A program made the position numbers and the translations under genes. A DNA stretch of 24,000 bases from Gallicola sp. Sow4_E12. GTDB taxonomy: Bacteria > Bacillota > Clostridia > Tissierellales > Peptoniphilaceae. The notes under the pieces are model-generated. The model was not told the DNA's origin. It did not search any database and saw only the letters and a program-made list of their open reading frames with translations. Below, in pieces: positions 7,505 through 17,160 of the stretch. The stretch is from NCBI RefSeq assembly GCF_052116305.1, contig NZ_JBQKLI010000001.1:183162-207161 (forward strand), in the 5' to 3' direction. Positions within the stretch are counted from its first letter, which is position 1, and each line of letters opens with the position of its first letter.

Positions 7505-8441
7505 TTTTGTTCACCGCCACAATACTAATCCATTCTCCGTCTTCTCTTACTCTTACAGTTTCATAACCATAGTTTGCAAGGCAGAGTTTCATATCTTCTT
7601 CTTGTTTTTTTAGAACACCAGAACATACGAACATACCGTTTTTTTTGAGATAATCGCCGAGTTTTGGTATTAAAGAAACCAAAACGAAATATAATGTATT
7701 TGAAACCACTATATCGTATTGCTCTGAAGTTCTTTTTTCAGATAATATATCCATTACTTCAGCCGTAAAATTCTCTTCTACTTTGTTTATAATGGCATTT
7801 TCTTTAGACGCTTTTACCGCCAAAGGATCTATATCCACAGCATGGGCAGATTTCGCGCCATATAATAAAGCTGCAATGGATAAGATCCCAGATCCGCATC
7901 CCACATCTAATACTTTTTTTCCTTTTAGATTCAAATTTTCTAATTCAATCAATGTCAAGGATGTAGTTTCATGTGTCCCTGTTCCAAAAGCCATGCCGGG
8001 ATCAATTTCAAGAACAATATCACCTTCCTGATTATTATAATTTTCCCAAGTCGGTTTTATTACTAAAGACCCGCCTATTTTAAATGGTTTATAACCTTTT
8101 TTCCATTCTTCTGACCAGTCTTTATCCTCAATACTCTTATCTAAATGGTACTGAATCTCTTCAGGATGATTCTTCTTAATATTTTCAAGCAATTGATCGA
8201 TTTTTTGTATGTTGTAATAATTATCGGCATTGTCTTCCAAATAAGTCCTAATAATAATTTCTTCCCGAATAGCCTTTACGTTTTCATCGATAACTACCCA
8301 GTAAGGCTGTGTTTTTTTGAAATTTAAAACGTCCTGATAATCTTCAACTTCGATACTTGTAATCGGAAACTGATAAAGTATAGAGTAAATAATTTCTTCT
8401 AAATTTCGATCGCAAATTATCTCAATCTCTCTCCAATTCAT
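7497..8441 (-). CDS. prmA: Ribosomal protein L11 methyltransferase PrmA
   Basis: 314 aa. W.EI N-terminus, GMAFGTGTHETT and the SAM-binding VLDVGCGSGILSIAA motif. Follows dnaJ as in B. subtilis. Confidence 0.93.
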   Translation of the reverse strand: MNWREIEIICDRNLEEIIYSILYQFPITSIEVEDYQDVLNFKKTQPYWVVIDENVKAIREEIIIRTYLEDNADNYYNIQKIDQLLENIKKNHPEEIQYHLDKSIEDKDWSEEWKKGYKPFKIGGSLVIKPTWENYNNQEGDIVLEIDPGMAFGTGTHETTSLTLIELENLNLKGKKVLDVGCGSGILSIAALLYGAKSAHAVDIDPLAVKASKENAIINKVEENFTAEVMDILSEKRTSEQYDIVVSNTLYFVLVSLIPKLGDYLKKNGMFVCSGVLKKQEEDMKLCLANYGYETVRVREDGEWISIVAVNKNV

Positions 8442-8450
8442 TTTGTCTCC

Positions 8451-9578
8451 TTATTCAAAGAAAGTCTTGATTTTCCCGAAAATATTTTTCTTATCTTCTT
8501 TCCCTTTAATGTTATATTTTTCTGAATGATCCGCTAATTCCTCAAACAATTCTCTTTGTTTTTGACTTAGTTTCTTTGGTGTAACCACTTGAACATCAAA
8601 ATAGATATCGCCTTTTGACTTGCTGTTTAGCTTCTGAATCCCTTTTCCTTTTAGCTTAAAACGTGTGCCCGTTTGTACTCCTTCTGGGAGTTCATAATCT
8701 TCCAGTCCTTCTAAAGTTGGTATTTTTAGATTTGCCCCTAGAGCTGCCTGGGCAAAGGAAATCGGCAGTTTATAATAGATATCGTAACCATGTCTTTGGA
8801 AGAATTCATGATCTTTTACTTTAACAACTAAGTATAAATCTCCTTTTGGACCGCCGTTTGCGCCTGAATTCCCTTCACCTCTTAAATTAATCACCGAACC
8901 ATTATCGACTCCCGCAGGTATCTTTACATTTATACTTTTGTTTTTTCTTTCTTTTCCAGAACCGCCGCATTGATGGCATTTTTCTTCTATGATCTCTCCT
9001 GTACCTTCACATTTATCACAGACTGCAGTTCTTACAAATGTACCTAAAGGAGAACTTTGGGTTCTGCGAATCTGACCAGATCCATGACATTGGTCGCAGG
9101 TTGTTTTTGACGTTCCAGGTTCAGCTCCCGATCCTGAGCAATGAGAACATTCTTCCGTTCTAGAAATGGATACTTCTTTTTCAACGCCAAATACAGCTTC
9201 GTCAAAAGTCAGAATAATTTGTTTTTCTAAATCGCTTCCCCTTCTCGGACTATTCGGATTCGCCGTTCTTGAGCTGTATCCACCTCCAAATATATCGAAT
9301 ATATCTCCAAATATGTCTGAAAAATCCATATTAAATCCGCCATTACCCATGCCTCCATTTTGGAAGGATGCTTCTCCAAACTGATCATAATGGCGTCGTT
9401 TTGTCTCGTCGCTTAAAACTTCATAGGCTTGATTGATCTCCTTAAATAATTCTGCAGCCTTTTCATTATTGGGATTTAAATCCGGGTGATAGGTTTTCGC
9501 TAACTTTCTATAGGCGCTTTTAATTTCACCTTGTGGTGCATCTTTGCTTACACCTAATATCTCATATAAATTTCTCAT
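8451..9578 (-). CDS. dnaJ: Molecular chaperone DnaJ (type I Hsp40)
   Basis: 375 aa. J domain with YHPDLNP, a Gly/Phe-rich region, and four CxxCxGxG zinc-finger repeats ([32 protein letters not shown]). Confidence 0.98.
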   Translation of the reverse strand: MRNLYEILGVSKDAPQGEIKSAYRKLAKTYHPDLNPNNEKAAELFKEINQAYEVLSDETKRRHYDQFGEASFQNGGMGNGGFNMDFSDIFGDIFDIFGGGYSSRTANPNSPRRGSDLEKQIILTFDEAVFGVEKEVSISRTEECSHCSGSGAEPGTSKTTCDQCHGSGQIRRTQSSPLGTFVRTAVCDKCEGTGEIIEEKCHQCGGSGKERKNKSINVKIPAGVDNGSVINLRGEGNSGANGGPKGDLYLVVKVKDHEFFQRHGYDIYYKLPISFAQAALGANLKIPTLEGLEDYELPEGVQTGTRFKLKGKGIQKLNSKSKGDIYFDVQVVTPKKLSQKQRELFEELADHSEKYNIKGKEDKKNIFGKIKTFFE

Positions 9579-9635
9579 TCTCTACCTCTACCTTATCTAT
9601 TCATTAACTTATCATCATTTTAAACTACTGCTACT

Positions 9636-9663
9636 ATTTTACTAGATATACGTCAATTAGCAA
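9636..9663 (-). promoter_or_regulatory. Putative internal promoter for dnaJ
   Basis: Minus strand: TTGCTA (9663..9658), 16 nt, TAAAAT (9641..9636), directly after the dnaK terminator. Moderate match only. Confidence 0.3.
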
Positions 9664-9664
9664 G

Positions 9665-9704
9665 ACAAAAAAGAAAAAGGCTATTGCATTAGCAAGAGCC
9701 TTTT
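9665..9704 (-). terminator. Rho-independent terminator / stem-loop after dnaK
   Basis: Minus strand AAAAGGCUCUUGC-UAAU-GCAAUAGCCUUUU (12 bp, 1 mismatch), followed by UCUUUUUUGU. Begins 13 nt after the dnaK stop. Confidence 0.85.
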
Positions 9705-9716
9705 CTCTAGATACTT

Positions 9717-11534
9717 TTAGTTTTCTTCGTCATCTACAACTTCATAGTCTGCATCTACTACATCATCTTGTGCTGATGCATTTTCAGATCCATCCCCGCC
9801 GTTTTGCTCGTATAATTTTTGAGACATTTTATAAACTTCTTGAGTTAAATCTTCAGTTTTTTGTTTCATATCTTCAACATTGTCGGCTTCTAAAGCTTTC
9901 TTCAAATCATCGATCTTTCCATTGACAGCTGCTTTTTCATTTTCATCAACTTTATCGCCAAGATCTTTGACTGTTTTTTCAGCTTGATAAATTACAGATT
10001 CTGCATTATTTTTTGCTTCAATAGATTCTTTTTTCTTTTTATCTTCTTCTGCATATTTCTCAGCTTCATCTACTTTTCTTTGGATTTCATCATCACTCAT
10101 ATTTGTAGAGGCAGTAATAGTCATATTTTGTTCTTTTCCAGATCCTTGGTCTTTAGCGGTAACATTTACAATACCGTTCGCATCAATATCAAAAGATACT
10201 TCGATTTTTGGGATTCCTCTTGGTGCTGGTGCGATATCAGCTAAAGTAAATCTTCCTAAAAGTGTATTGTCAGAAGCCATTTCTCTTTCCCCTTGTAATA
10301 CTACGATTTCAACAGAAGTTTGTCCATCTGCAGAAGTAGTAAATACTTGGCTCTTCTTAGTAGGGATGGTAGTATTTCTTTCGATTAATTTTGTTGTAAC
10401 ACCGCCTAAAGTTTCAATTCCTAGGGACAATGGTGTAACGTCTAGTAATAATAAGTCTTTTACTTCCCCTGTTAAAACACCACCTTGCAATGCTGCTCCG
10501 ATTGCAACACATTCGTCAGGGTTGATATCTTTTTGAGGATCTTTCCCTACTAATTTTTTAACAGACTCTTGCACTGCAGGAATTCTTGTAGATCCGCCGA
10601 CAAGCAGAATTTTGTTTACTTCGCTTGCAGAAACGCCTGCATCTTTTAAAGCTTCTTTCACTGGACCTTCAGTAGCTTTTACCAAGTCAGAAGTTAAATC
10701 TTCAAACTTGCTTCTGTTGATATCCATATTTAAGTGAGCTGGAGTTCCATTAATTGCTGTAATAAAAGGAAGGTTTACATTTGTAGATAATGTAGAAGAT
10801 AGTTCTTTTTTCGCTTTTTCTGCAGCATCTTTAAGTCTTTGAAGAGATGTAGGATCTTTTCTTAAATCAAGTCCGTTCTCTTTCATAAATTCTTCAGCCA
10901 TATGATCAACTAGTTTTTGGTCAAAATCGTCCCCGCCTAGTTTATTATTTCCTCTTGTTGCTAATACTTCGAAGACTCCATCCCCTACTTCAAGAATAGA
11001 AACGTCGAATGTACCGCCGCCTAGGTCGAACACCATAACTTTATTATGATTTGTTTCTTTATCTACACCATAAGCTAAAGCTGCTGCTGTAGGCTCGTTG
11101 ATAATTCTTCTAACGTTTAAACCTGCTATTTTACCTGCATCCTTTGTCGCCTGTCTTTGACTGTCCGTAAAGTATGCTGGAACAGTAATAACCGCCTCGG
11201 TAACTGTTTCGCCTAAATAAGACTCTACATCATTTTTGATTTTTTGAAGAATCATTGCTGAAATTTCTTCTGGAGAATAGTCTTTGCCATCGATACTTTC
11301 TTTATAATCAGATCCCATTTCTCTTTTAATTGAAGAGATAGTTCTTCCAGGGTTTGTGATAGCCTGTCTTTTAGCTGTTTCTCCTACAAGTCTTTCTCCA
11401 TCTTTTGTAAAGGCAACTACGGATGGTGTTGTTCTATTTCCTTCTGCATTCGGTACAATTACAGACTCTCCACCTTCCATAACTGCTACTGCTGAATTTG
11501 TTGTTCCTAAATCTATACCAATAATTTTACTCAT
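9717..11534 (-). CDS. dnaK: Molecular chaperone DnaK (Hsp70)
   Basis: 605 aa. [26 protein letters not shown] signatures and an acidic C-terminal tail. This is the short Gram-positive form, without the N-domain insertion. Confidence 0.99.
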   Translation of the reverse strand: MSKIIGIDLGTTNSAVAVMEGGESVIVPNAEGNRTTPSVVAFTKDGERLVGETAKRQAITNPGRTISSIKREMGSDYKESIDGKDYSPEEISAMILQKIKNDVESYLGETVTEAVITVPAYFTDSQRQATKDAGKIAGLNVRRIINEPTAAALAYGVDKETNHNKVMVFDLGGGTFDVSILEVGDGVFEVLATRGNNKLGGDDFDQKLVDHMAEEFMKENGLDLRKDPTSLQRLKDAAEKAKKELSSTLSTNVNLPFITAINGTPAHLNMDINRSKFEDLTSDLVKATEGPVKEALKDAGVSASEVNKILLVGGSTRIPAVQESVKKLVGKDPQKDINPDECVAIGAALQGGVLTGEVKDLLLLDVTPLSLGIETLGGVTTKLIERNTTIPTKKSQVFTTSADGQTSVEIVVLQGEREMASDNTLLGRFTLADIAPAPRGIPKIEVSFDIDANGIVNVTAKDQGSGKEQNMTITASTNMSDDEIQRKVDEAEKYAEEDKKKKESIEAKNNAESVIYQAEKTVKDLGDKVDENEKAAVNGKIDDLKKALEADNVEDMKQKTEDLTQEVYKMSQKLYEQNGGDGSENASAQDDVVDADYEVVDDEEN

Positions 11535-11556
11535 ATATACTTCCTCCTAAAATTAA

Positions 11557-12075
11557 TTAATTACTTACTTTGACCATACTTGGCCTAATTACTTTATCAT
11601 TTAATACATAGCCTTTTTGCAGCGTTTCTATAATATGATTTGATTCTAGTTCATCATTGTCTTCCATAACAACAGCATGATGGAAATTAGGATCAAAAGG
11701 TTCGCCTACAGAAGGGACTTCTTCTAAACCTTCGCCTTTTAATATCTCTATCATATTTTTATAAATCATGCTGATTCCCTCGGAAAACTCATTGCTGCAG
11801 TTTTTCTGATCTAAAGCTCTTTCTAAATCATCGATTACAGGTAATAATCGTAATATAAGACCTTCATTTGCCAACGCGATAGATTGAGCTTTTTCTTTTT
11901 GGGTTCTATTTTTGAAGTTTATAAAATCGGCTTGGATCCTTGACAAACTGTTTTTTAAATCCAGGATCTCTTGTTCTGTCGCATCGATTTCTTCTTCAAC
12001 ACTACCTTCCTCATCCATAATTTCGTCTTCCGTTTCCTCTTCGATTTCTTCTGAATGAATATTGTTTTCTTTCAT
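11557..12075 (-). CDS. grpE: Nucleotide exchange factor GrpE
   Basis: 172 aa. Acidic N-terminus, coiled-coil segment (LKNSLSRIQADFINFKNRTQKE), C-terminal PFDPNFHHAV motif. Sits between hrcA and dnaK. Confidence 0.96.
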   Translation of the reverse strand: MKENNIHSEEIEEETEDEIMDEEGSVEEEIDATEQEILDLKNSLSRIQADFINFKNRTQKEKAQSIALANEGLILRLLPVIDDLERALDQKNCSNEFSEGISMIYKNMIEILKGEGLEEVPSVGEPFDPNFHHAVVMEDNDELESNHIIETLQKGYVLNDKVIRPSMVKVSN

Positions 12076-12084
12076 TCTCTCCTC

Positions 12085-13128
12085 CTAGTTCCTATTATTA
12101 ATCATATGATTGATTTTCCAGGATATTGTCATAACTGCTTCGATCACCTTGGGGTAATTCATTCTTATAGGTGCTATTAAAGCAATTTTCCCTTTTATTC
12201 TTTGGTTTAATAAATAAGACGATACGATAACAGTATTATCTTTTAAAATATCAATGGAGTTTTCTTTCCCTATTTTCACATAAAAGTAATTCTCTTCTTC
12301 TAAAAAAAGCTTCATAATATTTTCTTTGTTTTCAACGAACTCTATAAATTCTCTTAATCGATTCATATCAGAATATTCTGGATAATCAAATATATTAGTC
12401 AATCCTTCTGTATGAAAATTTAATTCCCGAAAACTATTAAATTCTTCTTCGATAACACTAGTAATAGAATCTCTAATAAAAGGATAATCATTTAATTTTC
12501 GTATCAGTTCATTCTTGTATTCATCCATTTCGTTAATTTCTTTTTTTGTAATTAACGACCGCAGATGAAAATTGATTTTTCTAATGTCTTCATCTTCTAA
12601 TAAACTATTGCTGTGAATAATATGATTGCCAACATCTCCAGTACTGTAAACGACTACCATTACAAAATTATTGTAATTAATCGGCAATAGTTCGATATGC
12701 TCGACATGAATATCAGAAGATGTTCGAAGCATTGTGATACAGGTATAGTTTGTTAATGAAGATAGTATCCTTGCTGCTTCTACGATTATTTTATCTGCAT
12801 CAATAAATTGATTGTAATTCGTCGTCGATAGCGATTGATTCTCTGTAGCATATAATTTCGCATTAATTTTATTCATTAAATCATCGACATATCGTCTATA
12901 AGCAGCGTCCGTCGGGATTCTTCCAGATGATGAGTGAGCTTTCATGATTAAACAAAGATCTTCTAAATCGCTCATCTCGTTTCTGATAGTGGCAGGACTA
13001 ACACCTAAATCATACTTCTTATTTAAGGTTCTTGATCCCACCGGTTCTGCAGTCTCTAGATAACTATCTATTATAGAATACAGGATTTTTTCTTGACGAT
13101 CTGTTAAATCTTGATTGATCAAGCTCAA
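12085..13128 (-). CDS. hrcA: Heat-inducible transcription repressor HrcA
   Basis: 347 aa. N-terminal winged-helix region (LTDRQEKILYSIIDSYLETAEPVGSRTL). TTG start at 13128..13126, preceded by AAGGAGGTG. A CIRCE operator lies just upstream. Confidence 0.96.
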   Translation of the reverse strand: MSLINQDLTDRQEKILYSIIDSYLETAEPVGSRTLNKKYDLGVSPATIRNEMSDLEDLCLIMKAHSSSGRIPTDAAYRRYVDDLMNKINAKLYATENQSLSTTNYNQFIDADKIIVEAARILSSLTNYTCITMLRTSSDIHVEHIELLPINYNNFVMVVVYSTGDVGNHIIHSNSLLEDEDIRKINFHLRSLITKKEINEMDEYKNELIRKLNDYPFIRDSITSVIEEEFNSFRELNFHTEGLTNIFDYPEYSDMNRLREFIEFVENKENIMKLFLEEENYFYVKIGKENSIDILKDNTVIVSSYLLNQRIKGKIALIAPIRMNYPKVIEAVMTISWKINHMINNRN

Positions 13129-13146
13129 GTCACCTCCTTACAGTTG

Positions 13147-13173
13147 TTAGCACTCACTTGACTCAAGTGCTAA
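13147..13173 (-). promoter_or_regulatory. CIRCE operator (HrcA binding site)
   Basis: TTAGCACTC-N9-AAGTGCTAA, one mismatch to the TTAGCACTC-N9-GAGTGCTAA consensus. The palindrome extends to 12 perfect bp per arm (13143..13154 and 13166..13177). Lies between the -10 box and the hrcA SD. Confidence 0.95.
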
Positions 13174-13177
13174 CAAC

Positions 13178-13206
13178 ATTATAGTACCTTATTTTCTGTT
13201 TGTCAA
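13178..13206 (-). promoter_or_regulatory. Consensus sigma-A promoter of the hrcA-grpE-dnaK operon
   Basis: Minus strand: TTGACA (13206..13201), exactly 17 nt, TATAAT (13183..13178). CIRCE starts 5 nt downstream of the -10. Confidence 0.85.
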
Positions 13207-13210
13207 CAGT

Positions 13211-13241
13211 AAAAACAAAAAAATCGGCTAATTAGCCGATT
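13211..13241 (-). terminator. Rho-independent terminator after hemW
   Basis: Minus strand AAUCGGCU-AAUU-AGCCGAUU (8-bp perfect stem, 13241..13222), followed by UUUUUGUUUUU. The stem includes the hemW stop codon. Confidence 0.8.
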
Positions 13242-14382
13242 AAAAATCTATTTTTGAAAGAAAATAGTTGGATATAAAGAAACCCTTCTCTGTGAATGAA
13301 ATTCTATCGTTTTGAAGCTGCAAATGCCCGCTTTCTATAAATTCCGATATGATAGCTTTGTTTATTAAATAAAGGTCTACCCCAAAAAGCTCTTCAAATC
13401 TACCTAAGGACAATCCTGAGTCAAGACGCATATGCATGATAATATATTCGAATTTTAAAGTTTCCATATCCAATTCTTCTACTTCCAAGTAAGGACTTTC
13501 TCTTCTATCTATAGAAACAGCATAATCCTTCATATTGATGTCGTTTTTATAACGAATTTTATTAATATAACCTGATGCGCCAATTCCAAAGCCAAAGTAT
13601 TCCTCATTATGCCAATATTTTAAATTATGCATTGATGCATAGTCGGGTTTCGAGAAATTCGACAATTCATACTGTTTATATCGTCTTTTTTTCAACTCTT
13701 GACAGATACGTAAATATAATCCCTCTTCTTCTTCATCAGAGGGCAAAGTCAATTCGCCTTTTTTATATAAATAACCAAACAATGTTTTGTCTTCTACAAT
13801 TAAATTATACCAAGATATATGTTCTGGCTGTATTTGATCTATAAACTCTAAATCCTCTAAAATATCTTCTATTTTTTGTTCTGGAAATCCGTATATTAAG
13901 TCTATTGATAAATTTCTTATGCCGCCATGACGTATAATTTGGCAATCTTCAATTATTTTTTCCCAAGTATACATTCTTCCTAGTTTTTCTAAATGATGAT
14001 TCTGAAAACACTGAACACCTAAGGAAATTCTATTGATTCCTATTTCTGTATATTTCTTTATTGTATTATAGTCGATCGTATTAGGGTTGCATTCCAGAGT
14101 GATTTCTGCATTTTTCATAATAGAAAAGGAGTCGTTCAATTTACAAAGGATTCTCTCTATGAACTCCGAAGGAAACAAACTCGGGGTCCCGCCGCCGATA
14201 TAAATTGTATCTACGAAAACAGATGGATCTTTGTAAAGGTCTATTTCTTGCAGCAGAAGATGTACGTACTCTTTGTAATATTCTTTATCTTTGCCGATTA
14301 TCGTTGTGAAATCACAATAACTGCATTTTTTCTCGCAAAAAGGGATATGAATATATATCCCTTTTTTAATCATCTTCATCAT
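13240..14382 (-). CDS. hemW: Radical SAM heme chaperone HemW (HemN-like, formerly annotated coproporphyrinogen III oxidase)
   Basis: 380 aa. [16 protein letters not shown] radical-SAM motif, GGGTPS, and the HNLKYW motif. Size and lack of a HemN N-extension favour HemW. Three candidate ATGs (14382, 14379, 14373) all overlap the lepA 3' end. Confidence 0.9.
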   Translation of the reverse strand: MMKMIKKGIYIHIPFCEKKCSYCDFTTIIGKDKEYYKEYVHLLLQEIDLYKDPSVFVDTIYIGGGTPSLFPSEFIERILCKLNDSFSIMKNAEITLECNPNTIDYNTIKKYTEIGINRISLGVQCFQNHHLEKLGRMYTWEKIIEDCQIIRHGGIRNLSIDLIYGFPEQKIEDILEDLEFIDQIQPEHISWYNLIVEDKTLFGYLYKKGELTLPSDEEEEGLYLRICQELKKRRYKQYELSNFSKPDYASMHNLKYWHNEEYFGFGIGASGYINKIRYKNDINMKDYAVSIDRRESPYLEVEELDMETLKFEYIIMHMRLDSGLSLGRFEELFGVDLYLINKAIISEFIESGHLQLQNDRISFTEKGFFISNYFLSKIDF

Positions 14383-16177
14383 ATTTTAATACCGATAAGA
14401 AAGCTTCTTGAGGAACTTCAACAGAACCAACTTGTCTCATTCGTTTCTTGCCTTCTTTTTGTTTTTCTAATAATTTTCTCTTTCTAGAAATATCTCCGCC
14501 GTAACACTTCGCTAATACATCTTTCCTAAGGGCTCGTACCGTTTCTCTAGCAATCACTTTCGATCCGATAGCAGCTTGTATCGGCACTGCGAACTGATGT
14601 CTAGGTATCTGATTTTTTAACTTGGAAACGATAGATCTTCCTCTTTCGTAGGCCTTTTCTTCATGAACGATTAAAGACAACGCATCTACTGTCTCCCCAT
14701 TGATAACTATATCTAAACGAACCAGTTCTGCTTGCTGATATCCTTTTAGTTCATAGTCTAAAGAAGCGTAACCTCTAGTTTTTGATTTTAAAGCATCAAA
14801 AAAATCATAGATTACTTCATTTAACGGCAGCAAATAACGAATATTGACCCGTTTTTCATCTAGATAGGTCATATCTTTAAACTCCCCACGCTTATTTTGG
14901 CATAAGTCCATAATAGGACCGACGTAATCGGTAGGACTCATAATATTCGCTTCTACTATTGGTTCTTCCATATAATCAATTTCAGTTAATGGAGGCAAAT
15001 TGGAAGGATTTTGAATTTCCAAAAGCTCTCCGCTCTTCTTATACACTTTATATATAACCGAAGGGGATGTGGCGATAATATTTAAATTAAACTCTCTCTC
15101 AAGCCTCTCTTGTATAACTTCCATATGAAGAAGACCCAAGAATCCGCAGCGGAAGCCAAATCCTAAGGCGACAGAACTTTCCGGTTCGAAGACCAAAGAT
15201 GCATCATTAACCTGAAGTTTCTCCAAAGCTTCTCTCACTTCAGTGAACTCCTCGCCTTCAGCAGGATATATTCCGCAGTAAACCATAGGCGTTACTTTTT
15301 TATAGCCGGGAAGCGGTTCTTCAGTACTGTTTTTCGCTTCTGTTATAGTATCTCCCACTCGGGCATCTTGAACATTTTTTATACTGGCAACAACAAAGCC
15401 TACATCTCCCGTCTGAATTTCTTCAGTAATAATCATGCCGTGAGAAGTATAACCCACTTCAGTTACTTCAAATGATTTTTTCGTAGACATCATCTGAATA
15501 GACATACCAGGTTTAATAGATCCGTCAAATACACGGACATAACATACAACACCTCTATAGGAATCATAGTAACTATCAAATATCAAAGCTTTCAATGGTT
15601 TATCGTCTTCTCCCAATGGAGCTGGTACATTATTGACTATTTCTTCTAGAACATCGACAATATTTAGTCCTTCTTTCGCGGATATCGCTGGAACATCATC
15701 AGCAGGAAGACCGATAATATTTTTGATTTCCTCTTTTGCAAAATCGATATCTGCAGAAGGCAGATCGATCTTATTTATAATTGGTAATATTTCTAAATCT
15801 TGTTCCAATGCTAAGTACATATTAGCCAATGTCTGAGCTTCTACTCCTTGTGTAGCATCGACTATCAATAACGCGCCTTCGCAAGCTGCTAAGCTTCTCG
15901 ATACTTCATAATTGAAATCCACATGTCCTGGAGTATCGATTAGATTCAGCATATATGTTTCGCCATCTAAAGCCTTATAAAACAGCTTTATCGCTTTTAA
16001 TTTGATCGTGATACCCCGTTCTTTCTCTAAATCCATACTATCAAGCACTTGGCTGTCCATTTCTCTTTTTGTAAGCATTCCTGTTTCTTCTATCAATCTA
16101 TCTGCCAAAGTAGACTTGCCATGGTCGATATGGGCTATGATAGAAAAGTTTCTTATATGATCTTTCTTAATTAACAA
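14366..16177 (-). CDS. lepA: Elongation factor 4 (LepA)
   Basis: 603 aa. [29 protein letters not shown] and NKIDL GTPase motifs, plus the LepA C-terminal domain ([33 protein letters not shown]). TTG start at 16177..16175. Confidence 0.98.
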   Translation of the reverse strand: MLIKKDHIRNFSIIAHIDHGKSTLADRLIEETGMLTKREMDSQVLDSMDLEKERGITIKLKAIKLFYKALDGETYMLNLIDTPGHVDFNYEVSRSLAACEGALLIVDATQGVEAQTLANMYLALEQDLEILPIINKIDLPSADIDFAKEEIKNIIGLPADDVPAISAKEGLNIVDVLEEIVNNVPAPLGEDDKPLKALIFDSYYDSYRGVVCYVRVFDGSIKPGMSIQMMSTKKSFEVTEVGYTSHGMIITEEIQTGDVGFVVASIKNVQDARVGDTITEAKNSTEEPLPGYKKVTPMVYCGIYPAEGEEFTEVREALEKLQVNDASLVFEPESSVALGFGFRCGFLGLLHMEVIQERLEREFNLNIIATSPSVIYKVYKKSGELLEIQNPSNLPPLTEIDYMEEPIVEANIMSPTDYVGPIMDLCQNKRGEFKDMTYLDEKRVNIRYLLPLNEVIYDFFDALKSKTRGYASLDYELKGYQQAELVRLDIVINGETVDALSLIVHEEKAYERGRSIVSKLKNQIPRHQFAVPIQAAIGSKVIARETVRALRKDVLAKCYGGDISRKRKLLEKQKEGKKRMRQVGSVEVPQEAFLSVLKYDEDD

Positions 16178-16190
16178 CTAAATTCCCCCA

Positions 16191-16721
16191 TTATAAAGTA
16201 CCGATCTGGTTGAATGGATAAAATCTAAAAAAGGCTATGCCCACTATAGAATCCTTATCAATAGTACCAAAATCCCTGCTGTCTTTACTTCCATTAGGAA
16301 GCCGGTTATCCCCTAATACGAAGACTTTGCCCTCTTCAACTTCCCATTTCGTTTGATCTGTAATGGCTAAAGTTCTATCAGAATTAGTATAAGACTCCTT
16401 TAATTCTTTTCCGTTTAACAACACTTTATCATCTTTGATTTCTACTGTATCTCCCGGCAGACCGATTACTCTTTTAATATAATCTTTGTCTTCTACCGGA
16501 GATTTAAATTCAACAATATCTCCATAGTCCACATCATCTACCATAAAGCTGATTCTATTTACAAATAAACGATCCCTGGTTTTTAACGTATCATTCATAC
16601 TGGAACCGACTACTAAAGTAGAACTTAAAATAAAGCTTTTAATGACCATTGACAACACAAACGCAACGGCAATAACGACAACCCATTCCAATAAACTGTT
16701 TTTGTTTGATTTTTCAGACAT
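16191..16721 (-). CDS. lepB: Signal peptidase I
   Basis: Start chosen at the ATG 16721..16719 (MSEKSNKNSLLEW...), which follows AAGGAGAG. The longer track ORF (to 16778) would overlap the predicted promoter. One TM helix, catalytic-Ser box GSSMNDTL, Lys box YIKRVIGLPGD, and GDNRLPNGSKDSR. Confidence 0.92.
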   Translation of the reverse strand: MSEKSNKNSLLEWVVVIAVAFVLSMVIKSFILSSTLVVGSSMNDTLKTRDRLFVNRISFMVDDVDYGDIVEFKSPVEDKDYIKRVIGLPGDTVEIKDDKVLLNGKELKESYTNSDRTLAITDQTKWEVEEGKVFVLGDNRLPNGSKDSRDFGTIDKDSIVGIAFFRFYPFNQIGTL

Positions 16722-16749
16722 CTTTACTCTCCTTAAATTATACTGTTGT

Positions 16750-16778
16750 AGTATATCATACTCCTTTTTTTTCTTCAA
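16750..16778 (-). promoter_or_regulatory. Sigma-A-type promoter of lepB-lepA-hemW
   Basis: Minus strand: TTGAAG (16778..16773), a 17-nt spacer ending in TG-a, then TATACT (16755..16750). Back-to-back with the rpsT promoter. Confidence 0.5.
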
Positions 16779-16795
16779 TTTCTTAAAATATTATC

Positions 16796-16824
16796 TTGAT
16801 CTTTTATAAGCTTTAGTATATAAT
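16796..16824 (+). promoter_or_regulatory. Sigma-A-type promoter of rpsT
   Basis: TTGATC (16796..16801), 17 nt, TATAAT (16819..16824), about 29 nt upstream of the rpsT ATG. Confidence 0.7.
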
Positions 16825-16852
16825 ACCAATGTTATGTTTAGGAGGTGAAAGA

Positions 16853-17110
16853 ATGGCTAATATTAAATCAGCACTAAAAAGAATCAAAGTTACAAAGAGA
16901 CAAACTCAAGAAAATAGAGCGAAAAAAACTGAGTTAAAAACTTACATCAAGAAATTTGATGCAGCCGTAGAATCAGGAAATTTTGATGAAGCTAGAAAAA
17001 TTTTAAAAGTTGTAGACAAAAAACTTAAAAAAGCGACGTCTAAAAATGTAATTCATAAAAATGCAGCTTCTAGACAATTAAGCAGATTAAGTAAAAAATT
17101 AAATGCGTAA
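16853..17110 (+). CDS. rpsT: 30S ribosomal protein S20
   Basis: Start at the ATG 16853 (MANIKSALKRIKVTKRQTQENRAKK...), preceded by AGGAGGTG. The track ORF's eight extra N-terminal codons cover the SD. 85 aa, basic, with the typical S20 N-terminus. Confidence 0.96.
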   Translation: MANIKSALKRIKVTKRQTQENRAKKTELKTYIKKFDAAVESGNFDEARKILKVVDKKLKKATSKNVIHKNAASRQLSRLSKKLNA

Positions 17111-17119
17111 TAAATATTT

Positions 17120-17160
17120 AGGATAATGTATAACAGATCTGATACATTATCCTTTTTTGT
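17120..17160 (+). terminator. Rho-independent terminator of rpsT
   Basis: AGGATAATGTAT (17120..17131), a 10-nt loop, ATACATTATCCT (17142..17153): a perfect 12-bp stem. Followed by TTTTTTGTTT. Confidence 0.88.

Noticed and set aside
1234-15836. Plus-strand ORFs of 60-95 aa antisense to nusA, the yqfB-like gene, floA, nfeD, rsmE, prmA, dnaJ, dnaK, hemW and lepA (1234..1452, 2609..2794, 2700..2987, 3440..3718, 3788..4009, 4031..4276, 4295..4495, 6813..7043, 7783..8031, 8145..8327, 9166..9384, 9984..10244, 10267..10536, 11356..11550, 13575..13844, 14248..14487, 15633..15836)
   Set aside because: Each lies fully inside a confidently identified conserved gene on the opposite strand. None has a Shine-Dalgarno sequence, and all have Ser/Phe/Ile-rich compositions typical of antisense frames of AT-rich coding DNA.
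16722-16852. Longer track versions of lepB (start 16778) and rpsT (start 16829)
   Set aside because: The extra codons overlap the divergent promoter elements and the Shine-Dalgarno sequences. The internal ATGs at 16721 and 16853 have strong SDs and give canonical N-termini.
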